Shown piece after piece: positions 17,655 through 28,415 of a DNA stretch of 64,000 nt. Both the position numbers and the translations under genes were made by a program. Each line of letters starts with the position of its first letter. Positions within the stretch are counted from its first letter, which is position 1. Source of the stretch: Microcoleus sp. (GTDB taxonomy: Bacteria > Cyanobacteriota > Cyanobacteriia > Cyanobacteriales > Microcoleaceae); NCBI GenBank assembly GCA_052279835.1, contig CP181291.1, positions 4,640,001 to 4,704,000 of the forward strand. Reading direction: 5' to 3'. The notes under the pieces are model-generated. The model was not told the DNA's origin and did not search any database. It was given only the letters and a program-made list of their open reading frames with translations.

Positions 17655-19706
17655 TTAAAAACTAAACTGCGTCCGCAAGTTGCCTACAAAAATAGTCGGA
17701 TTGTTGTCAAAATTATTGGCATTACCAATCACATAAAATGCCGGCACAATCGAAATATTGTCCGTAACTGGCAAATAATAATTTGCTTCAATTTCATACT
17801 GAGTACCCCCATTGCCGCCCCCAGAAACCAGAAATTTGCGACCGCCGGTAACGTCGAAGGGTACTAAAAATGACATCGTAAACAAAGCGCCTTTTTTGAT
17901 TAAATCAGGAAACGCTACTCCTAACTGATAAGATTGAGTTTTAATCGTGCCATCAGGTCGATTAGTTCGCGGAAATATATTGGTTTCGCCGTAGCCATAG
18001 CGACCGAACAGACCGAAACGGCGAGTGACAGACCAATCGAAATTGAAACTAAAAGTATTCGCAGTAGCATCGCCAACTTTCCCGCCGAAACCGTCATCTG
18101 CCAAACCATTAATCGGTTTACCAACCGGGGCACCAATTAGTCCGCCTATTTGTCTAATATTGGAACGAGAGTAGAGAAAGCGCAAATTTGCCCGATCGCT
18201 CGGACTAAAGGTTAACTCAACGGTACTCGTATTCGTCGCATTAAACAAGCCTTGAGATGGATTAGAAGCTGAGTTAAATACGGAAGAAGGTAAAAATTCC
18301 ATACTCTCCCCCAAATAACCAAAACCCAGTTTAAATTGGCGACTCAGTTCCCACAACGCCAAAGCACCAGCACCGCGTTTAGTAGCCGTTAACAAGGTGC
18401 TGTTGTTAGAATTAAAGCTACTTGCACCATCCACAAAAAAGTTAAATTTATTGTTGTCAAAGTAGCGATAGAAATTAATTCGGGGACCGATTACTAATTG
18501 CAAGTTGTTAGTAACGGGAAATCGATAGGAAAGTTCTCGCAGGATTACTTCATTAGGATTGCTTCCTGATGTTTGATCCAGAAACGGAGTTCCAAATGTA
18601 TTGAACAAACCCGCAGAAGTAAATTGATTGGCTGGGGAATTGCCATTACCTACTGCTAATTGTGTTATCAACTGGTCTTTGCCAGTAAAAGAAGTATTTA
18701 AAGTCAACCAAACTAACTGACTGAAAGTAACTTCTGGGTTGTCTACTTTCTGCACAATTGGTCTATTTGTAACTGGGTCTCGTCCGGCTGGACGAATCGG
18801 TAAAGCAGCTTTTGTGTCGGTAGTTTCTACTCTAATTTTATCATTGGCCCAAGCTCCCGTCACGTTGAACCAGGCAAATCCACTGAGTTTAGTTGTCGTC
18901 GAAAATTGGTTGGCTTCTAGTTCGGAAGTACGTGCTTCTAAAGCATCAACTCGTCCCCTTAATGTCGCTAATTCGGCGGCAAAGTCTTCTTGCAATTTTT
19001 GGACGGCAAGTAAATCTTCTTTCTTGACTAAATTCGCGGTTGATGTACCAATTTGTTTGGTGATTTGGTCTAAGCAAGCGTTTAATCCCGCAGCAAATTC
19101 GTAGCGAGTCATGGCCCGGTTGCCGCGGAATGTACCATCGGGATATCCCGCAATACAGCCGTATCTTTCTACCAAGGATTGTAAGGCACCAAAAGCCCAG
19201 TCTGTTGGTCGCACGTCAGACAGTTGGGAAACAGATGTGACTTGTGCGGCATCTTGTTGTATACTGAGGTCATCAGCGCTGTTAGTCTCGCTGCTAAGAT
19301 CGGCAACTGCGCCAACTTCAGAAACTTTTTGAGACTGAGGAAAGTTTGTAGTTTCTAACTCTTTTGGGGGCAATTCACCGATTGTCCCCATTATTTTGGG
19401 TTCTATGGTTGTGACTGTCTCTGCTGTCTGTGTTGGTGCTAAAGTGCGATCGACTACCGAGTCAATCTCTGTAATTGTCCCCCTAAGCTGGGATGGTTCA
19501 AACTCAACCGCTTTCTGGGTTTGCTCTGAGGAAATCCCCTGGACGCTACTACTTTCTAGCGCAAGTTCTGGATTTGAGTTATCCTGAACTTGAGCAATTG
19601 TGGCGATCGGACTTAAAGGCACTGCGAGACCAGAAATCAATAAAGACAACCACAAAACTGGAAACGAATTTGTATTGTTCGCCATCACACTCACACCACT
19701 TATCAT
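17655..19706 (-). CDS. SLH-domain/OprB cyanobacterial (iron-uptake-type) porin
   Basis: QVTSVSQLSDVRPTDWAFGALQSLVERYGCIAGYPD, QFSTTTKL, C-terminal LRTQFSF. Confidence 0.93.
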   Translation of the reverse strand: MISGVSVMANNTNSFPVLWLSLLISGLAVPLSPIATIAQVQDNSNPELALESSSVQGISSEQTQKAVEFEPSQLRGTITEIDSVVDRTLAPTQTAETVTTIEPKIMGTIGELPPKELETTNFPQSQKVSEVGAVADLSSETNSADDLSIQQDAAQVTSVSQLSDVRPTDWAFGALQSLVERYGCIAGYPDGTFRGNRAMTRYEFAAGLNACLDQITKQIGTSTANLVKKEDLLAVQKLQEDFAAELATLRGRVDALEARTSELEANQFSTTTKLSGFAWFNVTGAWANDKIRVETTDTKAALPIRPAGRDPVTNRPIVQKVDNPEVTFSQLVWLTLNTSFTGKDQLITQLAVGNGNSPANQFTSAGLFNTFGTPFLDQTSGSNPNEVILRELSYRFPVTNNLQLVIGPRINFYRYFDNNKFNFFVDGASSFNSNNSTLLTATKRGAGALALWELSRQFKLGFGYLGESMEFLPSSVFNSASNPSQGLFNATNTSTVELTFSPSDRANLRFLYSRSNIRQIGGLIGAPVGKPINGLADDGFGGKVGDATANTFSFNFDWSVTRRFGLFGRYGYGETNIFPRTNRPDGTIKTQSYQLGVAFPDLIKKGALFTMSFLVPFDVTGGRKFLVSGGGNGGTQYEIEANYYLPVTDNISIVPAFYVIGNANNFDNNPTIFVGNLRTQFSF

Positions 19707-19888
19707 AAATTTAGAAAGCTTAACTTAACAGGAAATGCGCAATTCCAATGTAGCAATTGATACAAAAACTTTTAAGAAGGAAAGCTGAAACCCTTTGTTT
19801 TACTAAATGATAACCATTAGTTATCACCATAAATACGAGAAAACCTCCGACTAAAAAAACCTGATTTTTCAGCAAATTTACGGAATTA

Positions 19889-19980
19889 TAAGTAGAAGGA
19901 AGAAGATCGATGTGAAGAAGACTTATGCAGTCAGCTTTTCGGTCATCCGTATTTTACGTTTAATTAAGTGGATTTACTTA
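19889..19980. mobile_element. short copy of TAAGTA...TACTTA MITE family
   Basis: TAAGTAGAAGGAAGAAG...TTACGTTTAATTAAGTGGATTTACTTA; diverged relative of 41121-41248 and 56535-56658. Confidence 0.7.
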
Positions 19981-20163
19981 GTAGTATCTTATCCCCTCTA
20001 TGATTGGGCGGTTGAAACCGCTCCTCGACAAACAAAACCCGCCGGGGCGGGTTAAGAAATAAACCGGATTTAGTGTTAGCGAATTTTTTTGTATAAGAAA
20101 GCGAACAATTCTCTCTCTGTGTTCGCTCCCTGTTTCCCGTCTCCCCTAGCTGAAGGAGACTGC

Positions 20164-20523
20164 TCAACATCTGTTAGCAATTCTCGCGCCCACGCCCAAA
20201 TTCCAACTTTGACTAGGAAGGCGGTGGTCTATTTTATGATAGCTGTGGAGGACATCACTAATCCCTGTGTGAATTAAGTTTTCTATATGGATCAACTGTT
20301 CGGAAGAACACCGCACCTGGACGGTTTTATCTGACATCACATCTGAGGATGGGAGCGCAGTATAGGTATTGGGAACGCGACTGAGTACATAAGCAATTAA
20401 ATCCTGTCTCAAGCCAGAAGGTGCAAAAGCTTCTTGGTAGGGATATCGGGGATAAGAATCCAAGATATTTTCCACTTCCTCTGTGACTACGGCTAAGGTA
20501 AGATTGACAAGAGTTTTATTCAT
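20164..20523 (-). CDS. ComFB (late competence development) family protein
   Basis: LVNLTLAVVTEEVENIL..YPYQEAF...DLIAYVLSRVPNTY. Confidence 0.8.
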   Translation of the reverse strand: MNKTLVNLTLAVVTEEVENILDSYPRYPYQEAFAPSGLRQDLIAYVLSRVPNTYTALPSSDVMSDKTVQVRCSSEQLIHIENLIHTGISDVLHSYHKIDHRLPSQSWNLGVGARIANRC

Positions 20524-20781
20524 TTTCCCAGTTCCTAAACACTGATTAACTACTATGCAGCCAAAATTAAGCTTAAATATCCCTGTTATTTCTGAGTCCT
20601 CTAGGAGTTTACAAAAATTTATGTAGTAGCTATTAGCAATCGCTGAGTCTTATAAGTATGTTTGTAACTGCGATCGATATTCCATGGAAGACCTTGGATT
20701 AAACATTATCTGAGGAATGTGAGGAAATTATGAAGAAAATCATTTTGGTGCTACCATGATTCGGGATTTCCAGCCAAATAC

Positions 20782-21156
20782 TTACCACCGGAGAATTTCA
20801 GCCACTTGCTGTGCTAATTTCAAAGGGTCAAAAGGCTTAGCAATCACTCCCGCTACCCCCAAATCAGCAAATTCGCTCAAATCGAGAGCCTGTACCTTCG
20901 CAGTTAGGAAAATCACCGGAATCATCCGAGTAGCCGCATTATTTTGCAACAAACTAAACAAAGTCAGTCCGTCCATATCCGGCATCATCACATCTAGTAG
21001 AATAGCGTCAGGGAGTTGAGTTTCGGCCACAAGCAATCCTTCCTTGCCGTTGCGGGCAATCAGCACCGCCCAACCGCCTAAATGTTCTAAACAGGCCTGA
21101 ATGACGCTACAGAGATTTTTTTCATCATCAATAACTAGAATCTGCTTTGCTGACAT
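20782..21156 (-). CDS. single-domain response regulator (RcaF/RfpC-like)
   Basis: ILVIDDE, PDAILLDVMMPDMDG, FLTAK, KPFDP. Confidence 0.9.
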   Translation of the reverse strand: MSAKQILVIDDEKNLCSVIQACLEHLGGWAVLIARNGKEGLLVAETQLPDAILLDVMMPDMDGLTLFSLLQNNAATRMIPVIFLTAKVQALDLSEFADLGVAGVIAKPFDPLKLAQQVAEILRW

Positions 21157-21191
21157 AAATTAAGACTCAAAATGTTAAATATACCAAATTT

Positions 21192-24100
21192 TTATTCTCG
21201 CCCGCGTTCCAAGGAGGGTGCAGGGAGTGTGAAATAGAAACTGCTTCCCTCTCCCACAACACTTTCAGCCCAAATTCTGCCACCATGCTGTTGCACGATG
21301 CTGCGACAGATAGCCAAACCCAAACCAGTGCCTCCTTTTTGCCTAGAGTCAGAAGCATCCACCTGTTGAAACCGCCCAAAGATATTCTCTAACTTATCAG
21401 CAGGAATACCCCGCCCTGAATCTTTGACTTGACATAAAACCCGATCGCCCAAATCTTCAACGCTAACAGTTACGGTACTTAGTGCCGGTGAAAATTTAAT
21501 TGCATTGCTAAGTAAATTTACCAGCATCTGAACGATCCTGTCTCGTTCGACCCAAATTTGCGCTGATTTCGATAAAATCGACAAATTAATCTTACTTTCA
21601 TCAGCTAAAGCTTGTATACTTTTCACCGACTCCTGTATCAAATCAGCAACATCATACCACTGCTTATTTAGGGTAACTTGACTGGAATCTAGCCTTTCTA
21701 AGTCGAGAATATCATTTACTAAACGCACTAAGCGTTCGGTATCGTTTTTCGCAATTTCTAACATCTGTTGGGCCGTTTCCGGCTGATTTTTTAGCACTCC
21801 AGCAGCTAGCAAACCCAAGGAGCCGCGAATGGAGGTAAGAGGGGTTCGGAGTTCGTGGCTGACGATGGAAATAAACTCATTTTTCATTTTGTCAATTTCC
21901 TGACTTTCGGTAATATCTATAGCCGAACCGACGTGACCGATTAGTTGACCTTCCTCGGAAATAATAGGGGCTGTTTTTACTCGACAAAAGCGGATTGTGC
22001 CATCGGGGCGGAGGTGACGGAACTGGCAGGCAAATAATTCGCGATCGAGAGATTGCGTCGCCGACCATGATGATAGAATGCGCTTGAGGTCTTCTGGGTG
22101 CACAAACTTCATCCAGCCGTCCCCTAAAGCTTCTGCCAAGGTGAAACCAAAAATAGATTGACAGCGGGGATTAACATAGATAAATTTCCCTTCAGCATCA
22201 ACTTTAAAAATGCCTACGGGAGAACTCTCGCTGAGAGAGCGAAATAAAGCTTCGCTTTGCCGGACTTCTGCTTGAGATTTTTCGAGTTCTAAAGTTCGTT
22301 CCCAAACTCGTATTTCTAACTCTTCGTTGAGTTTTTGGAGGGCGTTTTCAGCTTCTTTTCGTCTGCTAATATCGCGCTGGACAGCCACCCAATGGGTAAA
22401 CCAACCAGTTTCGTCAGCAATGGGAACAATACTCAATTCTACCCAAAATTCTGTGCCATCTTTGTGATAGTTGATTAAGTCTACCCGCACTGGTTGCCAG
22501 TTGCTCAAAGCTGTCCGAATGCGATCTAGAGTTGCCCGGTCTGTTTTTTCTCCTTGCAAAATACGGGGAGTTTTGCCGAAGACTTCTTCTAGAGTATATC
22601 CACTCATCCGTGTAAAGGCTGGATTAACATAAAGAATCCGCGGGCCTGGTTCGTCAATGGGTTCAGCTTCGGTAATTAAAACAGCATCATTAGTGGTGGT
22701 GACAACGGATTCTAGTAGGCGCAATTGTAATTCTTTGGCTTTGCGATCGCTAATTTCTATGACTGTCCCCACCATCCGCACCGCTTCGCCTTCTTCATTG
22801 TAAAAAAATTTGCCCCTCGCCTCAATCCAGTGAATGCTACCATCGGACCAAAGCACCCGGTATTCTTGAACATAATCTTGGCGATCGGTTCTGGCCACAG
22901 CTATACTATTTCTGACATCTGTTAAATCTTCGGGGTGAATGCACTCTGCCCAATTTTTGCAACTTCCGTCAAAAGTTCCGGGTGCTAATCCAAACAACTG
23001 TTCGTGTTCCCGGGACAAAGTAATATGATTATTCTGCAAATCCCAGTCCCAAAAACCCATCTTCGTAGCAGACAAAGCGAGGGTTAATTGCTGATTTATT
23101 CTCCGCAACTCTATTCCGACAAGAGTCACTCTCAATTCTTGGGCGATCGCGATTTCGCACTGCTTCCAAGGTAAAGATTTTAACCTCACAGTTTGTTGCC
23201 ACAATTCAAAGGAATTGCGAGGAGACAAACTGCTAGTAGCAGACTCCGATTCCAGCGTTGAGTTCAGTTTACCCGCCCAGTTGACATTTTGAATTACTTC
23301 AGGACGAAACCACAAAATATAATGCTTTTGCATCTGAGATATCGCCATCACCAACAAACCACTAGCAATTTCTTTAAATTTTTCGGATTTGGGATAGGTT
23401 TTTGGCAAGGAATCTGTATAAAATATATCATTATTTAATTGAGTTTCTACCCAAGTAATTAACTCTTGAACATCGGCCAATTTTGGGGTTTTACCGATGG
23501 GTGTTAAATTTTCCTTGGCACATACAACAGCACCGCTAGCACCTACTAATTCTAGCAACCGTTCTTTATGTTGAAGTAAACCTTCAGCAAAACGGTTCTC
23601 GCGAGAAATATCTTCTGTAAATTCTGCAAAAATTGATTTTAAATAAGCTTCATATTCCCGGTCTTCACTATCTTTTTTTACGCTGAGTTCTAAGGCGATA
23701 ATTTTGGCAAGCTGTTCGCAAGCAGTGCGTACTTCATAGCTGACATATTTTGGTTCTCCGTGGTGACAAGCGATTAATCCCCACAGCTTTTTATCTTTGA
23801 TTATACTCATCGTCAAGCTAGCAGCAACACCCATATTTTTGAGATATTCAATGTGGCAAGGCGACACGCTTCGTAAACTACTAAAACTTAAATCTAGGGG
23901 CTGATGATTCAAGGGATTATCGGCAGGAATTATTTCTACAGGTTGAGAGTAGATATCAGGAATAAACCGAATTAAATTATGGGTGGCGAGGTGTCTTGCT
24001 AGGTGAGGAATATCCGTATCTGGATAGTGCAATCCCAATAAAGGGTTCAAACTGTCTAGTTTGTCTTCGGCCACAACTTCCCCAGCATCTACCGTATCAA

Positions 24101-24614
24101 ACTGATAGATTATCACTCGGTCAAATCCGATAATTTTTCTTGTTTCTTGGGCAACTATCTGATATAAATTTTTTATATCCTGTGCATTTTGAATTTTGAT
24201 TAATGTTTTTTTTATTAAACTAAAAAAGTTAAAAAAGTTTTTATACTCCGTGGATAATCTAGGTTCTAACTCCACAACTAAACAATTATTGGTGCGGTAA
24301 TATTTACCATTAAATACTTGTTTCGTGGTGAGATGTTGGAGGTGTAAAATAATATTAACTGTCGTGTTTGATTTTTCGGAAAAAACGGCGCTCAGAGAAT
24401 CTTTTTTTTGACTTACCACAAATTCATCAAGACATTTACCTAAGATTGCATGGGGGTCTAAATTCAGGACTTCCCCTATATTATTGCTAACTTGTACTAT
24501 TTTCAAAAGGGGTTCTTCTAATACAAAAAGAATGCCGTGAGATTGAATGTAGCCTGGGCTATGAATTGGTGGGTATTCGATATTATAAATACCTAGGTCT
24601 GGGGGAATCATCAT
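21192..24614 (-). CDS. knotted phytochrome PAS-GAF-PHY + 3 PAS + histidine kinase
   Basis: PIHSPGYIQSHG, YPDTDIP, LRSVSPCHIEYLKNMGV (GAF Cys), PRNSF tongue, SHELRTP H-box, GTGLGL. Confidence 0.93.
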   Translation of the reverse strand: MMIPPDLGIYNIEYPPIHSPGYIQSHGILFVLEEPLLKIVQVSNNIGEVLNLDPHAILGKCLDEFVVSQKKDSLSAVFSEKSNTTVNIILHLQHLTTKQVFNGKYYRTNNCLVVELEPRLSTEYKNFFNFFSLIKKTLIKIQNAQDIKNLYQIVAQETRKIIGFDRVIIYQFDTVDAGEVVAEDKLDSLNPLLGLHYPDTDIPHLARHLATHNLIRFIPDIYSQPVEIIPADNPLNHQPLDLSFSSLRSVSPCHIEYLKNMGVAASLTMSIIKDKKLWGLIACHHGEPKYVSYEVRTACEQLAKIIALELSVKKDSEDREYEAYLKSIFAEFTEDISRENRFAEGLLQHKERLLELVGASGAVVCAKENLTPIGKTPKLADVQELITWVETQLNNDIFYTDSLPKTYPKSEKFKEIASGLLVMAISQMQKHYILWFRPEVIQNVNWAGKLNSTLESESATSSLSPRNSFELWQQTVRLKSLPWKQCEIAIAQELRVTLVGIELRRINQQLTLALSATKMGFWDWDLQNNHITLSREHEQLFGLAPGTFDGSCKNWAECIHPEDLTDVRNSIAVARTDRQDYVQEYRVLWSDGSIHWIEARGKFFYNEEGEAVRMVGTVIEISDRKAKELQLRLLESVVTTTNDAVLITEAEPIDEPGPRILYVNPAFTRMSGYTLEEVFGKTPRILQGEKTDRATLDRIRTALSNWQPVRVDLINYHKDGTEFWVELSIVPIADETGWFTHWVAVQRDISRRKEAENALQKLNEELEIRVWERTLELEKSQAEVRQSEALFRSLSESSPVGIFKVDAEGKFIYVNPRCQSIFGFTLAEALGDGWMKFVHPEDLKRILSSWSATQSLDRELFACQFRHLRPDGTIRFCRVKTAPIISEEGQLIGHVGSAIDITESQEIDKMKNEFISIVSHELRTPLTSIRGSLGLLAAGVLKNQPETAQQMLEIAKNDTERLVRLVNDILDLERLDSSQVTLNKQWYDVADLIQESVKSIQALADESKINLSILSKSAQIWVERDRIVQMLVNLLSNAIKFSPALSTVTVSVEDLGDRVLCQVKDSGRGIPADKLENIFGRFQQVDASDSRQKGGTGLGLAICRSIVQQHGGRIWAESVVGEGSSFYFTLPAPSLERGRE

Positions 24615-24626
24615 TTTTTTATATGG

Positions 24627-24685
24627 TTAATGGGTACTCGGTAATCGGTAATTCCTAATCGGTAATTGGTAATGGGTAATCGGTC
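24627..24685. repeat. heptamer short tandem repeat (STRR-type)
   Basis: GGTAAT(C/T/G) units; complementary ATTACC-like units at ~24850-24920. Confidence 0.7.
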
Positions 24686-24720
24686 AGAAATAATCGTCTG
24701 TAGCTAACTAACCAGCTATC

Positions 24721-24841
24721 GGGAGCATCCCGATTTTGCATAGGCGAAGCATGACCGCAGAGAATTTATTAGTGATAACCAGAGATTTACAGCGGTCATG
24801 CTTCGCCCCTACGAATATATTTGCCAAACACAGATGCACCC
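24721..24841. mobile_element. ~120-bp MITE with GGG(A/T)GCATC ends and internal REP-like hairpin
   Basis: GGGAGCATC...GATGCACCC ends; GGCGAAGCATGACCGC...GCGGTCATGCTTCGCC; related copy at 52594-52713. Confidence 0.7.
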
Positions 24842-24979
24842 TAGCTCTCAAATTACCCATCCTGGAATTACCTATTACTTATTACCCTTCGACTTCGCTC
24901 AGGGCGATGCCTATTACCGACAAACCCGCCGTAGCTCATGTTACTGAGACAGGCTATATTTTCACCTAGTTAGCGATGG

Positions 24980-26902
24980 TTAACGTTGGGTGAGTGCCAG
25001 CTTGTATCTAAGTTGAATCCGCTCTAAACGATTGAGAATCCTAGCAATTAATTCTGGTTCTACGATTGGCTTGTTCACGTAATCGTCAGCACCTGCGACA
25101 AACATTTGGCTGACTATTTCTGACTCGGAATGAGCGGTTAAAAATAGCACTGGAAGTTTGCCCCAGCGCAAGTCGTTGCGTACTGCCAAACACAGTTCGA
25201 TACCGTTGTAACCGGGCATCTCTACATCTAAAATTAGCAAATCAGGACAAGTTGTCTCTAGTACCTCCCAGAAATCTTTGGGTTCGTCTAATGTGGTTAG
25301 TTGAAATCCCCAAGGTTGGAGAATAATTTTGATGGCTGCCAGTAGATGTATGTCGTCATCTACCACCATCACCTTAGCTTCTGCTGGGCTAGTCTGGTCA
25401 AGAATCCGATCGACTGCTTTGAGTATATCTGCTGGAGGCATCGATTTGTGTAAAAAGCCCGCAGCTCCCAAACGCGCGACTTCTACCCGATCGCTCAATT
25501 GGTTGTAGTCGCTAAAAACAACTACGGGAATTTCTGGTTTGTGACGGAGGAGTTCGGCTAGGAGAGGACGTCCGTTTTCCTGGCTTCTGGAAAAGTTTAA
25601 ATCCACCAAAATTGCGTCTGGTGGCTGGTTGGCGATCGCGATTTTGGCTGCTTCCCCAGAAAGTGCTACTTCTATGTCAAATTCCCAGGCTGATGCTTCT
25701 ATTTGGAGGCGATCGCTCTGCCAACTATCATCATCCACGATCAGCAATTGACGATGGCTCAAAACGCGATCGACAGGAGCATTCTCAGGTGCTGTTGCTG
25801 GCAAATCGAAGATACGTTGTAGCAAATTAACTAAGGTATTTATCTGCTGTTTAGCCCCTGGTTGAAAGATGTTTTCCGTCTTAAATAAATCTTCGAGCTT
25901 GCGCGCTATTTCCGAACCTTTCGGAATCCCTAAAGTTCCTAAAGAACCAACTAATTTGTGTGCTTGAGCCTGAGCTTGTTGTCGTATTTCGTTGTCCAAA
26001 GTTCCGGTATTCAAATTCGCGATCGCCTGCTCAAATATCTCCATTTTTTCGGGGAAATTTTCTTGGAAATTTGCCCTAATTTCTGCAATCACAGCCCAGA
26101 CTTTTGCTTGATGGGAGTTGAGGTTAACTTCATCGATGGGCGTGGTGGCTTGGCTGGATAAAACTGCTTGACTTTTGGGATTTTCTGTAATTTGTGGATC
26201 TACTTTTGGGAAATCGATATCCTCCGGGAGACTCTTGAGGCGGTAGCCCAACCCGTAGACTGTTTCCACTAAATCCACCATCATCCCGGCTGCTTTCAAC
26301 TTTTGTCGCAAGCCCTTGATGTGAGCGGTAACAGCTTCTTCTTGAGGAAACTCCCCAGGGCACCAAATGCGATCGAGTATGGCACTGCGGCTGAATATGC
26401 GCCGGGGATTTCTCAGAAAAAGTTCTAGCAAATTGTACTCTTTTGGAGTCAAGTGGAGCACTTTTTCTCCATAAGTTACTTCCGCAGTATCCAGATTAAC
26501 TTGCAATTTTTCCCAAGTCAAATTTTGACTCAACAAGTTAGCCTTTCCGCGACGTAACAGAGCCCGAATTCGAGCTAGCAATTCCGGTACATTGAAGGGT
26601 TTAACTACATAATCATCTGCACCAGCTTCTAAACCTTGGACTCGATCCCGACTACTGTCTAAAGCTGTCAGCAATAAAATCGGGATTTGGTAGCCACAGG
26701 AACGTAATTCTCGACACAGACTAATTCCATCGAGTTTCGGAATCATTACATCTAACAGAATTAGGTCGTAATCGTAGATTTGCGCCAATTGCAAGGCTGT
26801 TTCACCGTCTCCTGCGGTGTTGCAAGTATAATTGTGAGCCTCCAGGGAGCGTGTCAGTAAATTGACCGTCATTTTGTCATCGTCTACTATTAGAATTTTC
26901 AT
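24980..26902 (-). CDS. multidomain response regulator REC-wHTH-Hpt-REC-REC (RcaC/RfpB-like)
   Basis: OmpR-type REC and wHTH (LTPKEYNLL, ETVYGLGY), Hpt AHKLVGSLG, two further REC domains. Confidence 0.9.
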   Translation of the reverse strand: MKILIVDDDKMTVNLLTRSLEAHNYTCNTAGDGETALQLAQIYDYDLILLDVMIPKLDGISLCRELRSCGYQIPILLLTALDSSRDRVQGLEAGADDYVVKPFNVPELLARIRALLRRGKANLLSQNLTWEKLQVNLDTAEVTYGEKVLHLTPKEYNLLELFLRNPRRIFSRSAILDRIWCPGEFPQEEAVTAHIKGLRQKLKAAGMMVDLVETVYGLGYRLKSLPEDIDFPKVDPQITENPKSQAVLSSQATTPIDEVNLNSHQAKVWAVIAEIRANFQENFPEKMEIFEQAIANLNTGTLDNEIRQQAQAQAHKLVGSLGTLGIPKGSEIARKLEDLFKTENIFQPGAKQQINTLVNLLQRIFDLPATAPENAPVDRVLSHRQLLIVDDDSWQSDRLQIEASAWEFDIEVALSGEAAKIAIANQPPDAILVDLNFSRSQENGRPLLAELLRHKPEIPVVVFSDYNQLSDRVEVARLGAAGFLHKSMPPADILKAVDRILDQTSPAEAKVMVVDDDIHLLAAIKIILQPWGFQLTTLDEPKDFWEVLETTCPDLLILDVEMPGYNGIELCLAVRNDLRWGKLPVLFLTAHSESEIVSQMFVAGADDYVNKPIVEPELIARILNRLERIQLRYKLALTQR

Positions 26903-27065
26903 AGATTTACAGTTCTCAATCAGGGTAGGTTTTGGTTTTTAATGAGATTATTTTTCGCTATTTAAATACCTTCTATTTGGTGGTAAAACCTGATACTAAA
27001 CTCTTAAAATCACATCAAACAACAGGTAAAAGTCGTCCCATAGAGTTAAAAAAATCAACTCGCAG

Positions 27066-28346
27066 TCATGGCTTTTTGTGTTTGAGTGCCTGTTGAATTT
27101 TTTGAATCAGATATTGCGAGGAGTCTTGCTGCTTAACAATGTGTTCTAACTGAGAAACTGCTACTTCTGCCTGCTGTATTTCTTGAATTAGAGAAGTAGA
27201 TGTTTCATTTTCATGCAAATGTATTTTATTTTTAGATTCAGAATTTCCATCTTTTTCTGAGATAAATTCTTCTAAATCTAACAGAGCCATTTCTGCCCGC
27301 TCAATTTTTTCTGTAACTGATTTAGCCACATTAGCACCAGCTCTGGCCGCCTCTGTCAGTGCTTGAACGCGCAGTTTAAATCTGCTTCCTATTTGCTCCA
27401 TTTGCGTCCCCAATTCAAAAGTTTTACTGGCAAGTCTCGCAATCTCCATACTCACTTGACTCAAACCATTAGGTTGATTTCCCATTTGATTTGTGACTAC
27501 GGCAACCTGTACTGCTAAATGCCTCACTTGTTCGATCGCTTCCCCGATTGTTCTGGAAGTGCGATTAACCGTTTCCAAATCATTAGCTATTGCTTTACCA
27601 ACCCCTAAAATTTTATCTGTATTGTTGCAAATAGCATTAGCGCCCTGAAAAGTAGCCTGAAATGCCACACGACCTTCTGCCGAAATCAACTTGGCAATCT
27701 TCAAAAATTGCTGATTTTGTTGAGAAATTTCTTGAGCTTGTTTGACCAGTGCAGCTTGCTGGGGATTGGGAATATGATGAGATTTTTCTACTTGACGCTG
27801 CCTGGACTCTAACAGTTGACTGTATTCTTGAACTTTGGCCTGTTCTTGTTGAATCTTGGCGATATATTTTTGTCTTTCTAAGCGATATTTGTGAATTATT
27901 TTGTTAGCTTGTGTTAAAATATTAGACTGAGCCATTAGCAAAGTATGGACATCCAGAATGCGGAGATTGCGGTTTTCCATTTCCACAATAATGGGTTCGT
28001 ATACCAGGTCTTTTTGTCGATTGAGAACTGCTTGTACTGCATCGTCTATTTTCCACTTTTCCGACAGCAACAAAGGCGGAATTCTCAGAAAATCTAACAG
28101 GAATCTAATCGGGCGCTCCCCATACAGTTCTACGCGATCGGGAATATTCATTTGCTCTTGAAACTTGACGCGAGAAATCATGCCCAGTACCTGAGAGTTA
28201 TGAGTAATAATAACTCCCGGCAGTTCTGGCTCTTGCCCAAATTTTTGAGCCACGACTTGTCCCAGAGTTGTAGAACTCACTTGGAACTGGTGAGACGGCA
28301 GATGTCCGATTGTGGAATCGGGGGCGAGGTGACTTAGATTGCTCAT
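27066..28346 (-). CDS. CBS-like N-terminal domain + coiled-coil/MCP-signalling-like protein
   Basis: ELPGVII...LGMISR...YEPIIV CBS-like pair; QVRHLAVQVAV...SMEIARLA degenerate MCP tip. Confidence 0.6.
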   Translation of the reverse strand: MSNLSHLAPDSTIGHLPSHQFQVSSTTLGQVVAQKFGQEPELPGVIITHNSQVLGMISRVKFQEQMNIPDRVELYGERPIRFLLDFLRIPPLLLSEKWKIDDAVQAVLNRQKDLVYEPIIVEMENRNLRILDVHTLLMAQSNILTQANKIIHKYRLERQKYIAKIQQEQAKVQEYSQLLESRQRQVEKSHHIPNPQQAALVKQAQEISQQNQQFLKIAKLISAEGRVAFQATFQGANAICNNTDKILGVGKAIANDLETVNRTSRTIGEAIEQVRHLAVQVAVVTNQMGNQPNGLSQVSMEIARLASKTFELGTQMEQIGSRFKLRVQALTEAARAGANVAKSVTEKIERAEMALLDLEEFISEKDGNSESKNKIHLHENETSTSLIQEIQQAEVAVSQLEHIVKQQDSSQYLIQKIQQALKHKKP

Positions 28347-28415
28347 TTACCCTGTAGTGTCAATAAGTAGAAGTTAACAACTTATATATTTACATTATAG
28401 TGACAACTCCCAACC

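Noticed and set aside
17463..17867. 134-aa ORF after psbJ
   Set aside because: Spans a terminator, a MITE and the antisense of the porin
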